A DNA stretch of 61,567 nt, the filler included. It is 10 parts of 10 records of this genome, joined end to end, with 100 filler letters (N's around TTAATTAATTAA, not from the genome) between each part and the next. Parts side by side here need not be neighbours in the genome. Positions count along the whole stretch, not along the records: positions 44,478 to 48,354 come from SRR7504441_522; positions 48,455 to 52,832 come from SRR7504441_526; positions 52,933 to 58,446 come from SRR7504441_542; positions 58,547 to 61,567 come from SRR7504441_543; 6 more parts are not named here. One strand, given 5' to 3'. The notes beneath the pieces are model-generated. The model saw only the letters and a program-made list of their open reading frames with translations, made no database searches and was not told the DNA's origin. Numbering within the stretch: the stretch's first letter is position 1; each line of letters begins with the position of its first letter. The position numbers were made by a program, and so were the translations under genes. Of the stretch, positions 46,551-58,887 are shown piece by piece.

Positions 46551-48168
46551 TCAGAATAGGTTATTCCACCCGGTCTTGAAATCGTTCCACACCTCTCCAA
46601 AGTAGCCTACGACAACACCGAGAGTTGTGTCAAGCCAATTCTTGACTCCTTCGAGCTTTGCCTTGAGCTTGGTGCGCAGTTCAGTCATCGTCTTCTTGGC
46701 AGCCTCAAGTGTATTCTGGATGATTTGCTCCTGCTCGACCCATGCTTTGCCCTTGTTGTATGCTTGCTGAGCATTCTTTAGAGTCCTAGCTGCTCGCGTC
46801 TTGATCTTGTCCCGAGCTGCCGCTGCTTTGGCCTTGGCGTTTTCCAGCTGCTGCTTTGCCGCTGCTTTGGTTTCCTCGGACACCTGTACAAGGGGCTCGC
46901 CCGGACCCAGGGCACGCACACCTTTTTAGCCTTGGTCACTGCCTTGCCATATACGACTTCAGCCTTGGCCACAGCCTTGTCATATACGACTTCAGCCTTG
47001 GCCAGAGCCGCATCAAACGCAGCCTGAGCGTTTTGCCAGGCCTGCAGTGGGCTTAGTGGACCATTACCAGCCCGCGGCCTCACCTGCTGATACTTCTTGA
47101 CCTTCGTGTGTGTGGCGTTGTAAAGCTGCGCCATTCTCTGGAGACCCGCGTAGACAGCCGTGTAAGAGGTTTTGAATTCATCAAGTGAATCTTCCAACTC
47201 AGTACACTGCGGCCAGAGGCAATAATCCTTCCCATCGGCATTCTTGTCAGCGGCCCAGCTCTCCCTCTGTGTAACATCGTATCCATCGAAATTTGCAACA
47301 GTGCCACAGGGTGGGTCGCAAGGCCCGCATTCATAAGTTGTCGTGCCAGGGCTATTTGTCTGTATAGCCCAGTCCGTCTGCAGCAGCAACCGGTCAGCTC
47401 TTTTAGTAGTCCGCAGCTGTAACTTACTGGGCAAGTGGCCGTTTCCGCCGTCGACACACCGCAGGATGGCCAAGAGACGCCGCACGACGATGCCCATTCG
47501 CAGGTATCCTGGGTGTAATAAAACATGCTTTTGCCAGTCGTGCTTCTTCTTCGGCTAGGTGTGGGGGGGGGCGCCGCCAGCGCATCCTGTGTCTGCCAAT
47601 AAACGGCGGCTGTCAGGAAAACCACGGGCGGCCGGCCTTACCACAATTCTTGGCGATGCAGCACGGGTAGTTCACCCCTGCTGCCTTGCAGGCGCCGCCT
47701 AGGTCCTGATCCTTTGTCTGGGCGTAGTTGTAGTTTTCGGGGCAGGTTGCGCACCCATAGGCGTCGTCGAGCACCTGCACCCGAGGCTAAAGCTCCCGGC
47801 CGGCCGAGCGGCCGACCTTCTTTCCGTCGGTCATGAGCTGCTGCACGTTCTCCTCGAATTGTTGAACCTCTTCTCGGACCTTCGTGTTCTTGAGCTCCGC
47901 AGTCGAGCTCGCCGATTGTTTGCCACGCAGGGTGCCGCTTGCCGCCATCTGGACGAACCAGTCGTTCAGCTTGTTGCTGCCCTCTTCGGCTGCGCTCTTC
48001 GGATAGAGCTGCGTGTACGTGCGCAGGGCGTCGTCGTCGATGGCCTCGGGCACTACGGCATCGACAGGGCTCTCGGTCAGCCCGGTCTGCAGCAAGAGAC
48101 CTCGGTCGGGGGCGGGCGGCGGGGCGCACCGACAGACAGGCGAGGGCGCACGCAATCAAGAGCATCAT
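46551..48168 (-). CDS. Secreted multi-exon protein with a Cys-rich middle and an amphipathic A/K-rich helical C-terminus
   Basis: Signal-like MMLLIACALACLS followed by a 43-nt GT-AG intron; CGPCDPPCG and YCLWPQC motifs; 11-aa repeat AKAEVVY(D/G)KAV. Confidence 0.6.
46931..47002. repeat. 33-nt coding tandem repeat, about 2 copies (11-aa unit)
   Basis: catatacgacttcagccttggcca repeated at a 33-nt period. Confidence 0.75.
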
Positions 48169-48354
48169 CTTGCTCTTCGGGGTCCGGCGGCTTGGGAGGG
48201 TGGACATGTTGCTACTTACTTCGAGGCGAGCAAGTGCGAGCTCCGTTCGTCTCGACCACTCTATTCGAGGTGACGTCCCAACGGACTGTTCTTACGTTGA
48301 TATAACGGTGCCAGAGTGGGTCGTGAGCGGTGCGCCGGCCGGGCCGATGAAGAG

Positions 48355-48454
48355 NNNNNNNNNNNNNNNNNNNNNNNNNNNNNNNNNNNNNNNNNNNNTT
48401 AATTAATTAANNNNNNNNNNNNNNNNNNNNNNNNNNNNNNNNNNNNNNNNNNNN
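48355..48454. other. Artificial contig-joining spacer
   Basis: N/TTAATTAATTAA/N, 100 nt. Confidence 0.98.
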
Positions 48455-48508
48455 CGACTTTCTAATAAATGTACTTATATATAAGCGCATAAAAATCTCG
48501 GGCGCTCA

Positions 48509-49012
48509 ATGGAGAACAGTAGTCTCATCGAGGGGTTCGGCCAGGGCCGGGCGTATGACTCCAAGTCGGAGGCGTGGCTGGAGGACTGGGGCGATTGTCT
48601 GTGGGAGCGACGGTACCTGGTCGCTGGGCTCGGGCTGCTCGCCCTGGTTGGGCTGCTCGTCTGGCTCTCGGGCTCGGCGGCCCCCGGCCCGAACCCGGCG
48701 GCGCCGGCCCCCGGCCCGGAGATGAGCAACGGCTGGGGCGGTCGGCCGGCTATGAACCTGCCCCAGACGCACCACTATAGTGCCGCCCTCCCGCCTGCTG
48801 CTCGCTCACTGGTGGGCAGTGCCCGATGGCTCAGTGATGCCGAATTTCCGGCACGATGAATCGGAAATGGGCCCGATGCCGAGCTCTTCTAGCGGTGGGT
48901 AGCCTCAAGGATGAGCAAAGGTCCCCGACACTGAGACGCCACCACAGTGGTGGCCTCAGTCGGGGTCGGTGTGGGTTGGGACAGAGTGAGACGTACTGGC
49001 GAATTACTGTAG
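48509..49012 (+). CDS. Small single-pass membrane protein with a His/Met-rich HxMPDGxxM motif
   Basis: TM YLVAGLGLLALVGLLVWL; removing intron 48780-48819 gives THHYMPDGSVMPNFRHDESEMGPMP; 3' end uncertain. Confidence 0.55.
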
Positions 49013-49014
49013 CT

Positions 49015-49242
49015 CGAACTGTACGAGTACCGGTACCCGCGCACGTAGGTGACGAGCGTGAGGCTCACCAAACCATGCGCCGAACAAGCCCAAGTCGATA
49101 ATTGACGGAACCAATTGACCGAATAAACTAAATCGAATACCGTATCCATTCAATTTATACATAGTACGGTACGAATACCGGTAGAGTACGTACGAGTACG
49201 ACGCGCTCACGCGAGTACTCATACTCGTACGTACGAGTACTT
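49015..49242. repeat. Dense intergenic cluster of TACGAGTAC/GTACTCGTA motifs
   Basis: tacgagtacc (49022), gagtacgtacgagtacg (~49184), cgagtactcatactcgtacgtacgagtact (~49212); similar clusters at 5408-5478, 17574-17612 and 52560-52602. Confidence 0.8.
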
Positions 49243-49334
49243 TATAATTATCATTGACACAATTGGTGCTGCTTATCTTTAGAAGCGGCGAGGGAATCTA
49301 TTGGGCACACATGCTGTTCTAAGTACGGGTCGCT

Positions 49335-51199
<1,865 letters not shown>

Positions 51200-51408
51200 T
51201 TAAGCGTGTCGTTGAGATCAGTGTAAAAATCAAATCCCCTGCTGAGCTTGCGTTCACGTGCGTTTCGCCGAACGCGAGAAAAAGAAAAGGGCAGGAGGTG
51301 GTGCCGCGGGCTGGCTGCAGCTCGGTGAGCTGCGGCGTGTGCAGGTCAAACTGGCTGAATTCATGATCAAATTAAAAATGAAATACAATACTAATGATTC
51401 AGTGTGAC

Positions 51409-52546
51409 TCACTTTAATTTGATTGGAATGAGTTCGTTCCGGAATTCTAGTGTGTCGAGTAATGGGATCAACACATTGATGTTGGCGTACGGTCCCTCCT
51501 TGCCTTGATCATCCACCAAGCCTTGTGTTGCCTGTCCGGGCAAACCAGATCGGAACCCGCCAGCTGTGGCGTAAAGCACCTCGCAAAGCGCAGGCCAGCG
51601 CTTCTCCATATACTTTACTTCCCGGGTGCAGCTCTGCTCACCAAACACATGAAAGTATCGCTGCACCGGCATAAGACCAGCGCGCCCTGCTTCCGGCGAG
51701 CACCGTGTCATGCACCCTTACAAGCGCATTGTCCACACGAAGGAACAGCCTGAGCAACACAAACCAGCAGCTGGGCATCACACGCTGCCAGCCTAGTGAG
51801 AGAAAGGAGAAGCCCCGCCCACCATCCGGACAGACAGTGTCGATGTGCCGTTGTCGTGCAGCTCATCCTCGTACAAGATCAGCTGGGCTGGCCCGGTCAG
51901 ACGGCACTATGCTGGTGGTGCCTCTTCATGGAACAGGATCTTCTCAGGCTGTCGGAGCATGTCGTAGTCAATTCCTGGGCCGTCCGCGCTCGCCACCAGC
52001 GCGGCACCGTCCTCCCGACCGCTCAGTCGCGACCATGCCCTCGGAGCACCTGATCGAGCACTTGGCCGAGGTAGTCGGTGCAAAAGGTCCAGTCGAAGTT
52101 GCTCTCGGCCTGCTTGACAGCGCCGGTGCTCCAGCCGTAACTCTCCAGGTCTATCGAACTGCCGCCCGATTAGCCCGGCTCGGCTGGTCGCGCGACTAGC
52201 TGTCCTTCCACTTGTCGGAGTAGGGGAGCTCGGTCGGGGCTGCCACGCCCCGGCAGCGCTCGAGGGCCTCGCGGGCCCGGAACTGGATGGTGAGTCCCTG
52301 CAGCCCAGTCGACCCAGCTGCCCGGCGCTGCCTCACCGACGCGGGCTGGGTGAGCCGCAGCTGGTTGTCGCCGAAGACCATCTCCGGCAGGGTGAATAGC
52401 TCCGACTCCCAGCTGCCGCACCGATTCCCAGCCTGCGGGCCGAGCCGGCACCGCTCAAAGTCCTCCGTGTTCAGGATCGGTCCCCGGGCCGCGCTGAACT
52501 CCCAGCCGCCGAACGCAAACTCCTGTTGCTCGGTGCTCGCCGCCAT
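51409..52546 (-). CDS. TIPRL: TIP41-like PP2A regulator, 7 introns
   Basis: LPEMVFGDN, FDWTFCTDYLG, ILFHEE|LILYEDELHDNG, RVMPSCWFVLLRLFLRVDN; one intron is GC-AG (51883-51921). Confidence 0.93.
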
Positions 52547-52832
52547 GTCCCGGCAGTGGAGTACAAGTACAGACTACGTAAGCGAGTACGGTACTCGTAC
52601 GTTCTACAGCGCTTGCTTGTTGTTGTCTATGAATTCTGGTAAAAAGTATTTCGCCACTGCCACCGCCACCGCCACTGTCCGTTGTGAGCCAAATCGCATT
52701 CAAATGCACGAGACTGCGGGTCGTGCAGGCCACTCCGGCTCGGGCATATGGACGCACCATTGGACTGCCCCGACCTCTTTCTGGAGAAAGGCTGAGGCGC
52801 CTAGGCGCCGGCTCCAAGCGCGCTCACCCTCC

Positions 52833-52932
52833 NNNNNNNNNNNNNNNNNNNNNNNNNNNNNNNNNNNNNNNNNNNNTTAATTAATTAANNNNNNNNNNNN
52901 NNNNNNNNNNNNNNNNNNNNNNNNNNNNNNNN
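52833..52932. other. Artificial contig-joining spacer
   Basis: N/TTAATTAATTAA/N, 100 nt. Confidence 0.98.
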
Positions 52933-53247
52933 GGGGCAGCATCTGTCCCCACGGCCGGGGGCACAGAGCACAAGAGAAGGTCCCACCGATCAATAACAGC
53001 ATTTTCAGAAAATCGAGCTAAATGCTGCCAGGAAATCGAGGGAAAACAAGTACGTGCACTATACGTGCACAACGACTACACAACGGCAACATGTACGAGT
53101 ACCTAGCAAGAGAGAAAAGTGCGCAGTCAACAACGCCAATGCTATTATACTGAATTACAATTGTGTATACCTAGTACACATGATTGATTGAACAGTACTT
53201 CTAGGAATTTAACAAGAGATTTAACAATTGATCATAAAAATTTTTGT

Positions 53248-54891
53248 TTAGTGAGTCGGTCGCTTTTTCCACTCGTTCCACTCTTCTAACGACAAGTGCC
53301 CGTCTTGGTTGCGGTCGATTGCGTCAAAAGCTCGCTCGTCTCCGTTAGTCCGCTGCTTCCACTCTTCACGCGAGAGTCTGCCATCGCCGTCTTGGTCAAA
53401 GTCAATAAACTCTGCTCTCCACTTGCGAAACCAAAAGCTCTCCACCACACATCGAGGCAACAGCCACAGCAGCAACACGTGAAACCCACCACCTACTTGA
53501 AGCTGGCGAGCCTCCAAACTGTGCCCCCATTTTCTCTGTACCCAAGTGCCCTCCTGGAGCAGCTTTTGCCGTCTGTTGGTGACCTGCAAAAGCCCCCAAT
53601 GCGAGTAAACCCACACAACCAGCAGCAGCCAGCCGACGTAGGTATCAACCGTAGCCTGGGCCAGGAAATAAGCAGCCTGCGCAGCCTGGAGATGCCTGAT
53701 AATGACTTGGACAGTGCGCCACCAGACCAGCTTCAGATATGAACAGGACTGCAAAGAAATTAGCACACATCAAATACACGTCCAGGAAGGTGAGGTAGCT
53801 GCCCCACCGGTGAGCTCTCTCAGGCCGCCAGTCACGGGAGCACGGGCAAGCGCTCGGACACAGAATATTTAATCCCAACCAACGCCAGCAGCACTCCAGC
53901 CGCGTACGAGGTGCGACCGCTCACGTCTTCGATAGGCGTGCTGAACTGCAACACGGCCCAGTCAGCCGAGGTGGCTGCTATGGGCTGTGCCTGTACAAAC
54001 AGGGTGCTGGTGATGAGGCAGGCCAGCACCAGGACGTTCCACAGCCAGTAAGCCGGCTCCCGGGCCACAAACAGTCGAAACACTATCATATTATACTCCT
54101 TGCCCTCTCCGGACTCTCGCGGGTCTGTGCTGGAGAAGTCTACATCGAGCACTGGGACACCGTGCAGGTAGAATGGCCGCCAGTGGACGATGGTGCTGGT
54201 GTCCATGCTGAGCTTGCCTATGGGCTTGCCTTGCTCTACCAGGACCCGCTTGCCTCTAAATCGGAGCTTGCAAGTCTCATCCGAAACTAGTATCACGTGT
54301 AGCTTTTGATCATCCAACGGAAAATTCTCCAGCTGCCCCGAGCTCGGCCTCGAGCCCCGTGGCAGCGCACCTCAAATTTCTCGGCGAAGGTGGCGTCGAA
54401 AGTCTGCTGCCACTGGACTGTGTCCCCTTTGCGGATTTGGGCTGGTTTGATGGTCGATCCGAGGGACTGGATCCCGATCTGGTTTCGCCACTCCAGGAAC
54501 GGTCGCCATGGGTCGTTATCTTCGGCGGCCTGCCAGAGGAGCTGCAGGAAGAACACCATCTGCCCTCCGATCATTCGGCCGGAGCCCAGCAATGCACCTC
54601 GAAGTGTTGGTCCGCGCTGACGATCGACCTCAGATGCGTCACTGTCATGGCCAGCTCGACCTCCCGGGCGGCCGCAGCCGGCTGGGGGCGTGCTATCGCA
54701 GCCGACTGGGGGCGTGCTATCGCAGCCGGCTGCCTGGGCACGCCCAGTCGCGCCGGGCTGCCTCGTGGTTGCACTGCCGAGCTGCGACGCTCGGGCGGGG
54801 GCGGGCTGGGTTGCTGTGCCGCCCGGCGTGGCCGCTTCGGACTGCCGGACTCGGCATCCGGATCCCCCGCAACCCGCTTCCTGAGCCGCAT
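53248..54891 (-). CDS. Cys-less (Pro-loop) pentameric ligand-gated ion channel with a C-terminal EF-hand pair, 5 introns
   Basis: Spliced WRPFLEWRN, FELENFPLDDQKL (Pro-loop), pre-M1 VAREPAYWLWN, M2 GRTSYAAGVLLALVGIK, LPVLPYLTFLDVY (M2-M3), M4 YVGWLLLVVWVY, and EF-hands DQDGDGRLSREE and DRNQDGHLSLEE. Confidence 0.88.
54681..54732. repeat. 24-nt coding tandem repeat (8-aa unit AAIARPQx) in the channel N-terminus
   Basis: ctggggcgtgctatcgcagccg occurs twice at a 24-nt period. Confidence 0.8.
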
Positions 54892-54939
54892 CGCGAGTGC
54901 CGTTAGACTGCGCCGGGCCCCGGGTAGGAGGGTCGCAAA

Positions 54940-56689
54940 ATGGCCCGAGTGCGGCCGCTGCTGCTGCTGCTGCTGTGCTTATTTGGGGCGCCCTGTGCCG
55001 GGCTGCCCACGCCATCGGGAGCAAAGAATGTGCTGCTGGTCGTCGTGGACGATCTGCGGCCGACCGACGCCTTGGGTCACACCCCGAGCATCGATCGGCT
55101 GGCGGCCAGTGGGCTCTCCTTCGACCGGGCCTACTGCAACTACGCCTTCTGCAGCCCGTCGCGCTCGTCGTTCATGAGCGGCCGGCGGCCTGACACCACC
55201 CGGGCCTGGGAGTTCAAGGACTCGTTCCGAGAGGCCGGCCCGCGTTGGACGGCGCTGCCTGAGTACTTTAAACGATTCGGGTACATCACGCTCGGGTCGG
55301 GCAAACTCTACCACCCGTCCGGGTACGGCGGAGACAACAAGGGCCTGCCCCCCAACGATTACCCGGTGCCAGACCGGCTGGCTACGCCTCACCCCGGGGC
55401 AGCGCTCGTGGAGTCCGGAGTGGCCTTACTTTGGTAACCCCGGCGGACCTGGCGGGTGCCAGCAAGGCCCGTTCGAGCCCTACGCATGCCGCAACCCAGA
55501 CGGGCTGCCCGGGCGTAGTGGGCACTCGGCGAACTGCAGCTTCGGCTCCCAGATCTGCGAGGTGGCAGTGGATAAGGATGCCGCGGTTCTTGAGGATCAA
55601 CTTATCAGAGACAGCTGCATCCGGCAACTCAGACTAGCTGCGGTGGAGACTGGGCGCCGAGCGAGCAAATACTATAACAAACCGTTCTTTGTGGGCTGCG
55701 GGCTGCATAAGCCGCATGTTCCCTGGCATGCCCCTGCCGAGTTTTTCGATTTAATGCCCGACCCTTCAGTCCTCCCGCTGCCGAGGAAAGCGCTCCAGCA
55801 GGCGCCGATTGGGATGCCCAAAGTCGCCTGGCACCCGCCAATTAACGTGGAGCCCTCCAAGTTCACGGCGGCATTCAACGCAACCAACAGCAGCTGCCTA
55901 CAGGACTCGACCGCCCAGCAGTACCGCCGGGCGTACTACGCTTCTGTCGCGTATCAGGACTACAATATCGGCCGGGTGCTGGCCGAGCTGGATGCACTCA
56001 ACCAGACCGAACGTACTGTGGTGGTCTTGTTTGGGGATCACGGATGGCATCTCGGTGAGCAGGACATCTGGGCCAAAATGACAAACTTTGAACTCGGCCT
56101 TCGAGTGCCGCTCATAATTCGAGCCCCTTGGAAGCCCGGCGCGGCCGGCAAGCGCTCCAGCGAGCTAGCCGAACTGGTGGACGTTTATCCGACGCTGGTA
56201 GAGCTCGCTGGGCTGCCACCGCCGGTCTCTGTAGGAGAGCAGCTGAATGGAACCTCTCTGGCTCCGCTGTTTGATGCGCCGAGCGAGTGCAGCGCTCCTA
56301 AGCGGCCGTGCCGTGAAGGCTACATGAGGAGCCAGCCGGCACTCAAGCCGGCAGCGTTTGCCCAGTTTGCCAAGACGTGTGACGGTTATGCCTCGGCGTG
56401 TGCGGTTGAGGATATCACTTTTGTTGGGGATCAGTTTGAACGCAACCAGACCAAGCTGATGGGATATAGCGTCAGAGTGGACCTGTGGCGCTACACGGCA
56501 TGGTTTGGGTTTGACGGCCGAAATGTCAAAGTGCAGACCGATCGGGTTATTGGACGAGAATTGTATGAACACACAGCAGGTGTTTCGAGCGAGCCTCGAG
56601 AAGAGGAGGTGAACCTGGTTGGCGAGCCGGGCCTGGCCGGTGTGGTGGAGCAGCTTCATGCGAAAGTGCTAGATTACATTCGATTGTAG
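54940..56689 (+). CDS. Secreted sulfatase, iduronate-2-sulfatase-like
   Basis: Signal peptide; NVLLVVVDDLRP, CSPSR (formylglycine motif), GKLYHP, GLHKPHVPW, GDHGWHLGE..WAKMTNFE; one 37-nt intron. Confidence 0.92.
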
Positions 56690-56767
56690 ACTTGCCGAGC
56701 CTGTTTTCGTTACGACTGTACAGCAAGGTAAAAGTCCGTTATAACAGTGATTGACCTGCAAGGAAGA

Positions 56768-58240
56768 ATGCGGCGGCTCAGCAGGGCGTCGCCGTCGGTC
56801 CGGCGGCTAGGGTCGGTCCAATGCCGGCTGTCGTCGTACTCGGCAGTGACCGCCGCGGACCGGGAGTTCTTCCGATCGGCGCTGGACCCGGCCGACGTGA
56901 TCGAGGCCCCGGGCGAGCTGGGCAAGTACAACGAGGACTGGATGGGCAAGTACCACGGCCGGTCCACCCTGGCGCTCCGGCCGCGGAGCACCGAGCAGGT
57001 GGCGGCGGTGCTGGCGCACTGCCACGCGCGCAGGCTGCCGGTGGTCCCGCAGGGAGGGAACACCGGGCTGGTGGGCGGGAGCGTGCCGGTGGGCGAGGAG
57101 ATCGTGCTCACGCTTTCCGGGATGAACCAGATACTCGAGTTTGACGAGTTCGGCGGGTCGGTGAGCTGTCAGGCCGGCACAGTGCTCCAGACGCTGCAGG
57201 AGTCGGCCTGGGAGCGAGGGTTTACCATGCCTCTCGATCTCGGGGCCAAGGGTTCGTGCCAAATTGGGGGGAACGTGGCCACAAACGCCGGCGGGCTGAG
57301 GTACCTGAGGTACGGGTCGCTGCACGGGTCAGTGCTTGGCCTGGAGGTAGTGCTTGCCGATGGCACTGTGCTGGACACAATGTCCACTCTGCGGAAGGAC
57401 AACACTGGATATGACCTCAAGCAGTTGTTTATAGGCTCGGAGGGCACACTCGGCGTGATCACCGGGGTGTCCATTGCGCTGCCGGTGGCTCCGGAGTCGG
57501 TCCAACTGGCTTGCTTGGCTCTGGAGAGCTACGAGGACGTGCTCCGCGTGTTCCGGGCGGCCAACAGGCAGCTGGGGGAGGTATTGAGTGCTGTCGAGTT
57601 CTGGGACCAGCCAGCGCTCGCACTCACGCTCGGGCAGCTGGAGGTGCGCAATCCGCTCTCGTCGACTGAATCGCCGTTCTACATGCTGATAGAGACGTCG
57701 GGCTCGAACAGCGATCATGACGCTGAGAAGCTGTCGCAGTTCCTCGAGACGATGATGGAAGAAGGCCAAGTGCAGGACGGCACGCTGGCGCAGGACGGCA
57801 CTCAGATGGCTGGGCTCTGGCGCGTGCGAGAGGGCATCACCGAGGCGCTCGGCAAGGCGGGCGCGGTGTATAAGTACGACATTTCGCTCCCGTTGCCACA
57901 GCTGTATGAGCTTGTCGAGGAGACCCGCGCAAGGCTGGCACCACTAGGGGCGACTACAGTAGCGTTTGGGCACATCGGCGACGGTAACGTGCACTTGAAC
58001 GTCTCAACTCCGAAGCCGTCCCCTGAGGTGTTGGCTGCACTGGAGCCCTGGGTGTTTGAATGGACGCAACAGCACCGGGGCTCGATCTCAGCTGAGCACG
58101 GTGTGGGCGTCATGAAGCCAAAATATCTTCACCTCGTCAAGTCGCCAGCCGCGCTAACGCTTATGCGCAAACTTAAGACGACGCTCGATCCTCACGCCAT
58201 CCTCAACCCTCACAAGGTGCTCGAGCCTCTTGGCGCATGA
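56768..58240 (+). CDS. D2HGDH: D-2-hydroxyglutarate dehydrogenase (FAD-linked, probably mitochondrial)
   Basis: PQGGNTGLVGGSVP, PLDLGAKGSCQIGGNVATNAGG, RKDNTGYDLKQLFIGSEGTLG, GHIGDGNVHLN, GSISAEHGVG; Arg/Ser-rich presequence. Confidence 0.95.
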   Translation: MRRLSRASPSVRRLGSVQCRLSSYSAVTAADREFFRSALDPADVIEAPGELGKYNEDWMGKYHGRSTLALRPRSTEQVAAVLAHCHARRLPVVPQGGNTGLVGGSVPVGEEIVLTLSGMNQILEFDEFGGSVSCQAGTVLQTLQESAWERGFTMPLDLGAKGSCQIGGNVATNAGGLRYLRYGSLHGSVLGLEVVLADGTVLDTMSTLRKDNTGYDLKQLFIGSEGTLGVITGVSIALPVAPESVQLACLALESYEDVLRVFRAANRQLGEVLSAVEFWDQPALALTLGQLEVRNPLSSTESPFYMLIETSGSNSDHDAEKLSQFLETMMEEGQVQDGTLAQDGTQMAGLWRVREGITEALGKAGAVYKYDISLPLPQLYELVEETRARLAPLGATTVAFGHIGDGNVHLNVSTPKPSPEVLAALEPWVFEWTQQHRGSISAEHGVGVMKPKYLHLVKSPAALTLMRKLKTTLDPHAILNPHKVLEPLGA

Positions 58241-58446
58241 AAGGTCGCATCAGATTGGGAGGATTTGACGTGCACGCCGATCACCATGCGTTCCACAATA
58301 AGAGCTTTGGCAGCGAGTACCAGGTTGCTCTTGAAGTATTTATGAAGACGTCCACCAGCAGCTCTTGCAAATGGTTCAACCATACCGTGACTCGGAATGA
58401 GTCACCCGCCCACACAGTGACCCTCGACATCACGCCGTGTGACAAG

Positions 58447-58546
58447 NNNNNNNNNNNNNNNNNNNNNNNNNNNNNNNNNNNNNNNNNNNNTTAATTAATT
58501 AANNNNNNNNNNNNNNNNNNNNNNNNNNNNNNNNNNNNNNNNNNNN
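58447..58546. other. Artificial contig-joining spacer
   Basis: N/TTAATTAATTAA/N, 100 nt. Confidence 0.98.
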
Positions 58547-58887
58547 GTTTGTCGGATAAATTCTTGAGCCATCCTGCAGCTGGCTAAAACAATTTTTATT
58601 GAACTTTGCCTTCTCTCTGCACCACGGCCGTAACCACGGCCGTGTGAGGCAACACCTGATCTAGACTCTCATGTACAGCTACGTAGCTGTACCAGGACCT
58701 GTGTACCTACGACACCTACGAGTAGGTATGTGGGGAAACCTGCACATAATATGCACATAACCTGCACACCTTAACATGTCATACCATGGTTTGTATCAAT
58801 TGTACGCAGTAAAGAGATTAGACTATATTCGATACTCTACTCTATATACGAAACATTTGCGCAGGATTTAGTGACGATTGACACAAT

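Noticed and set aside
53248-58240. Channel, sulfatase and D2HGDH as a functional gene cluster
   Set aside because: Tight spacing is general in this window and the products have no shared pathway I can support.
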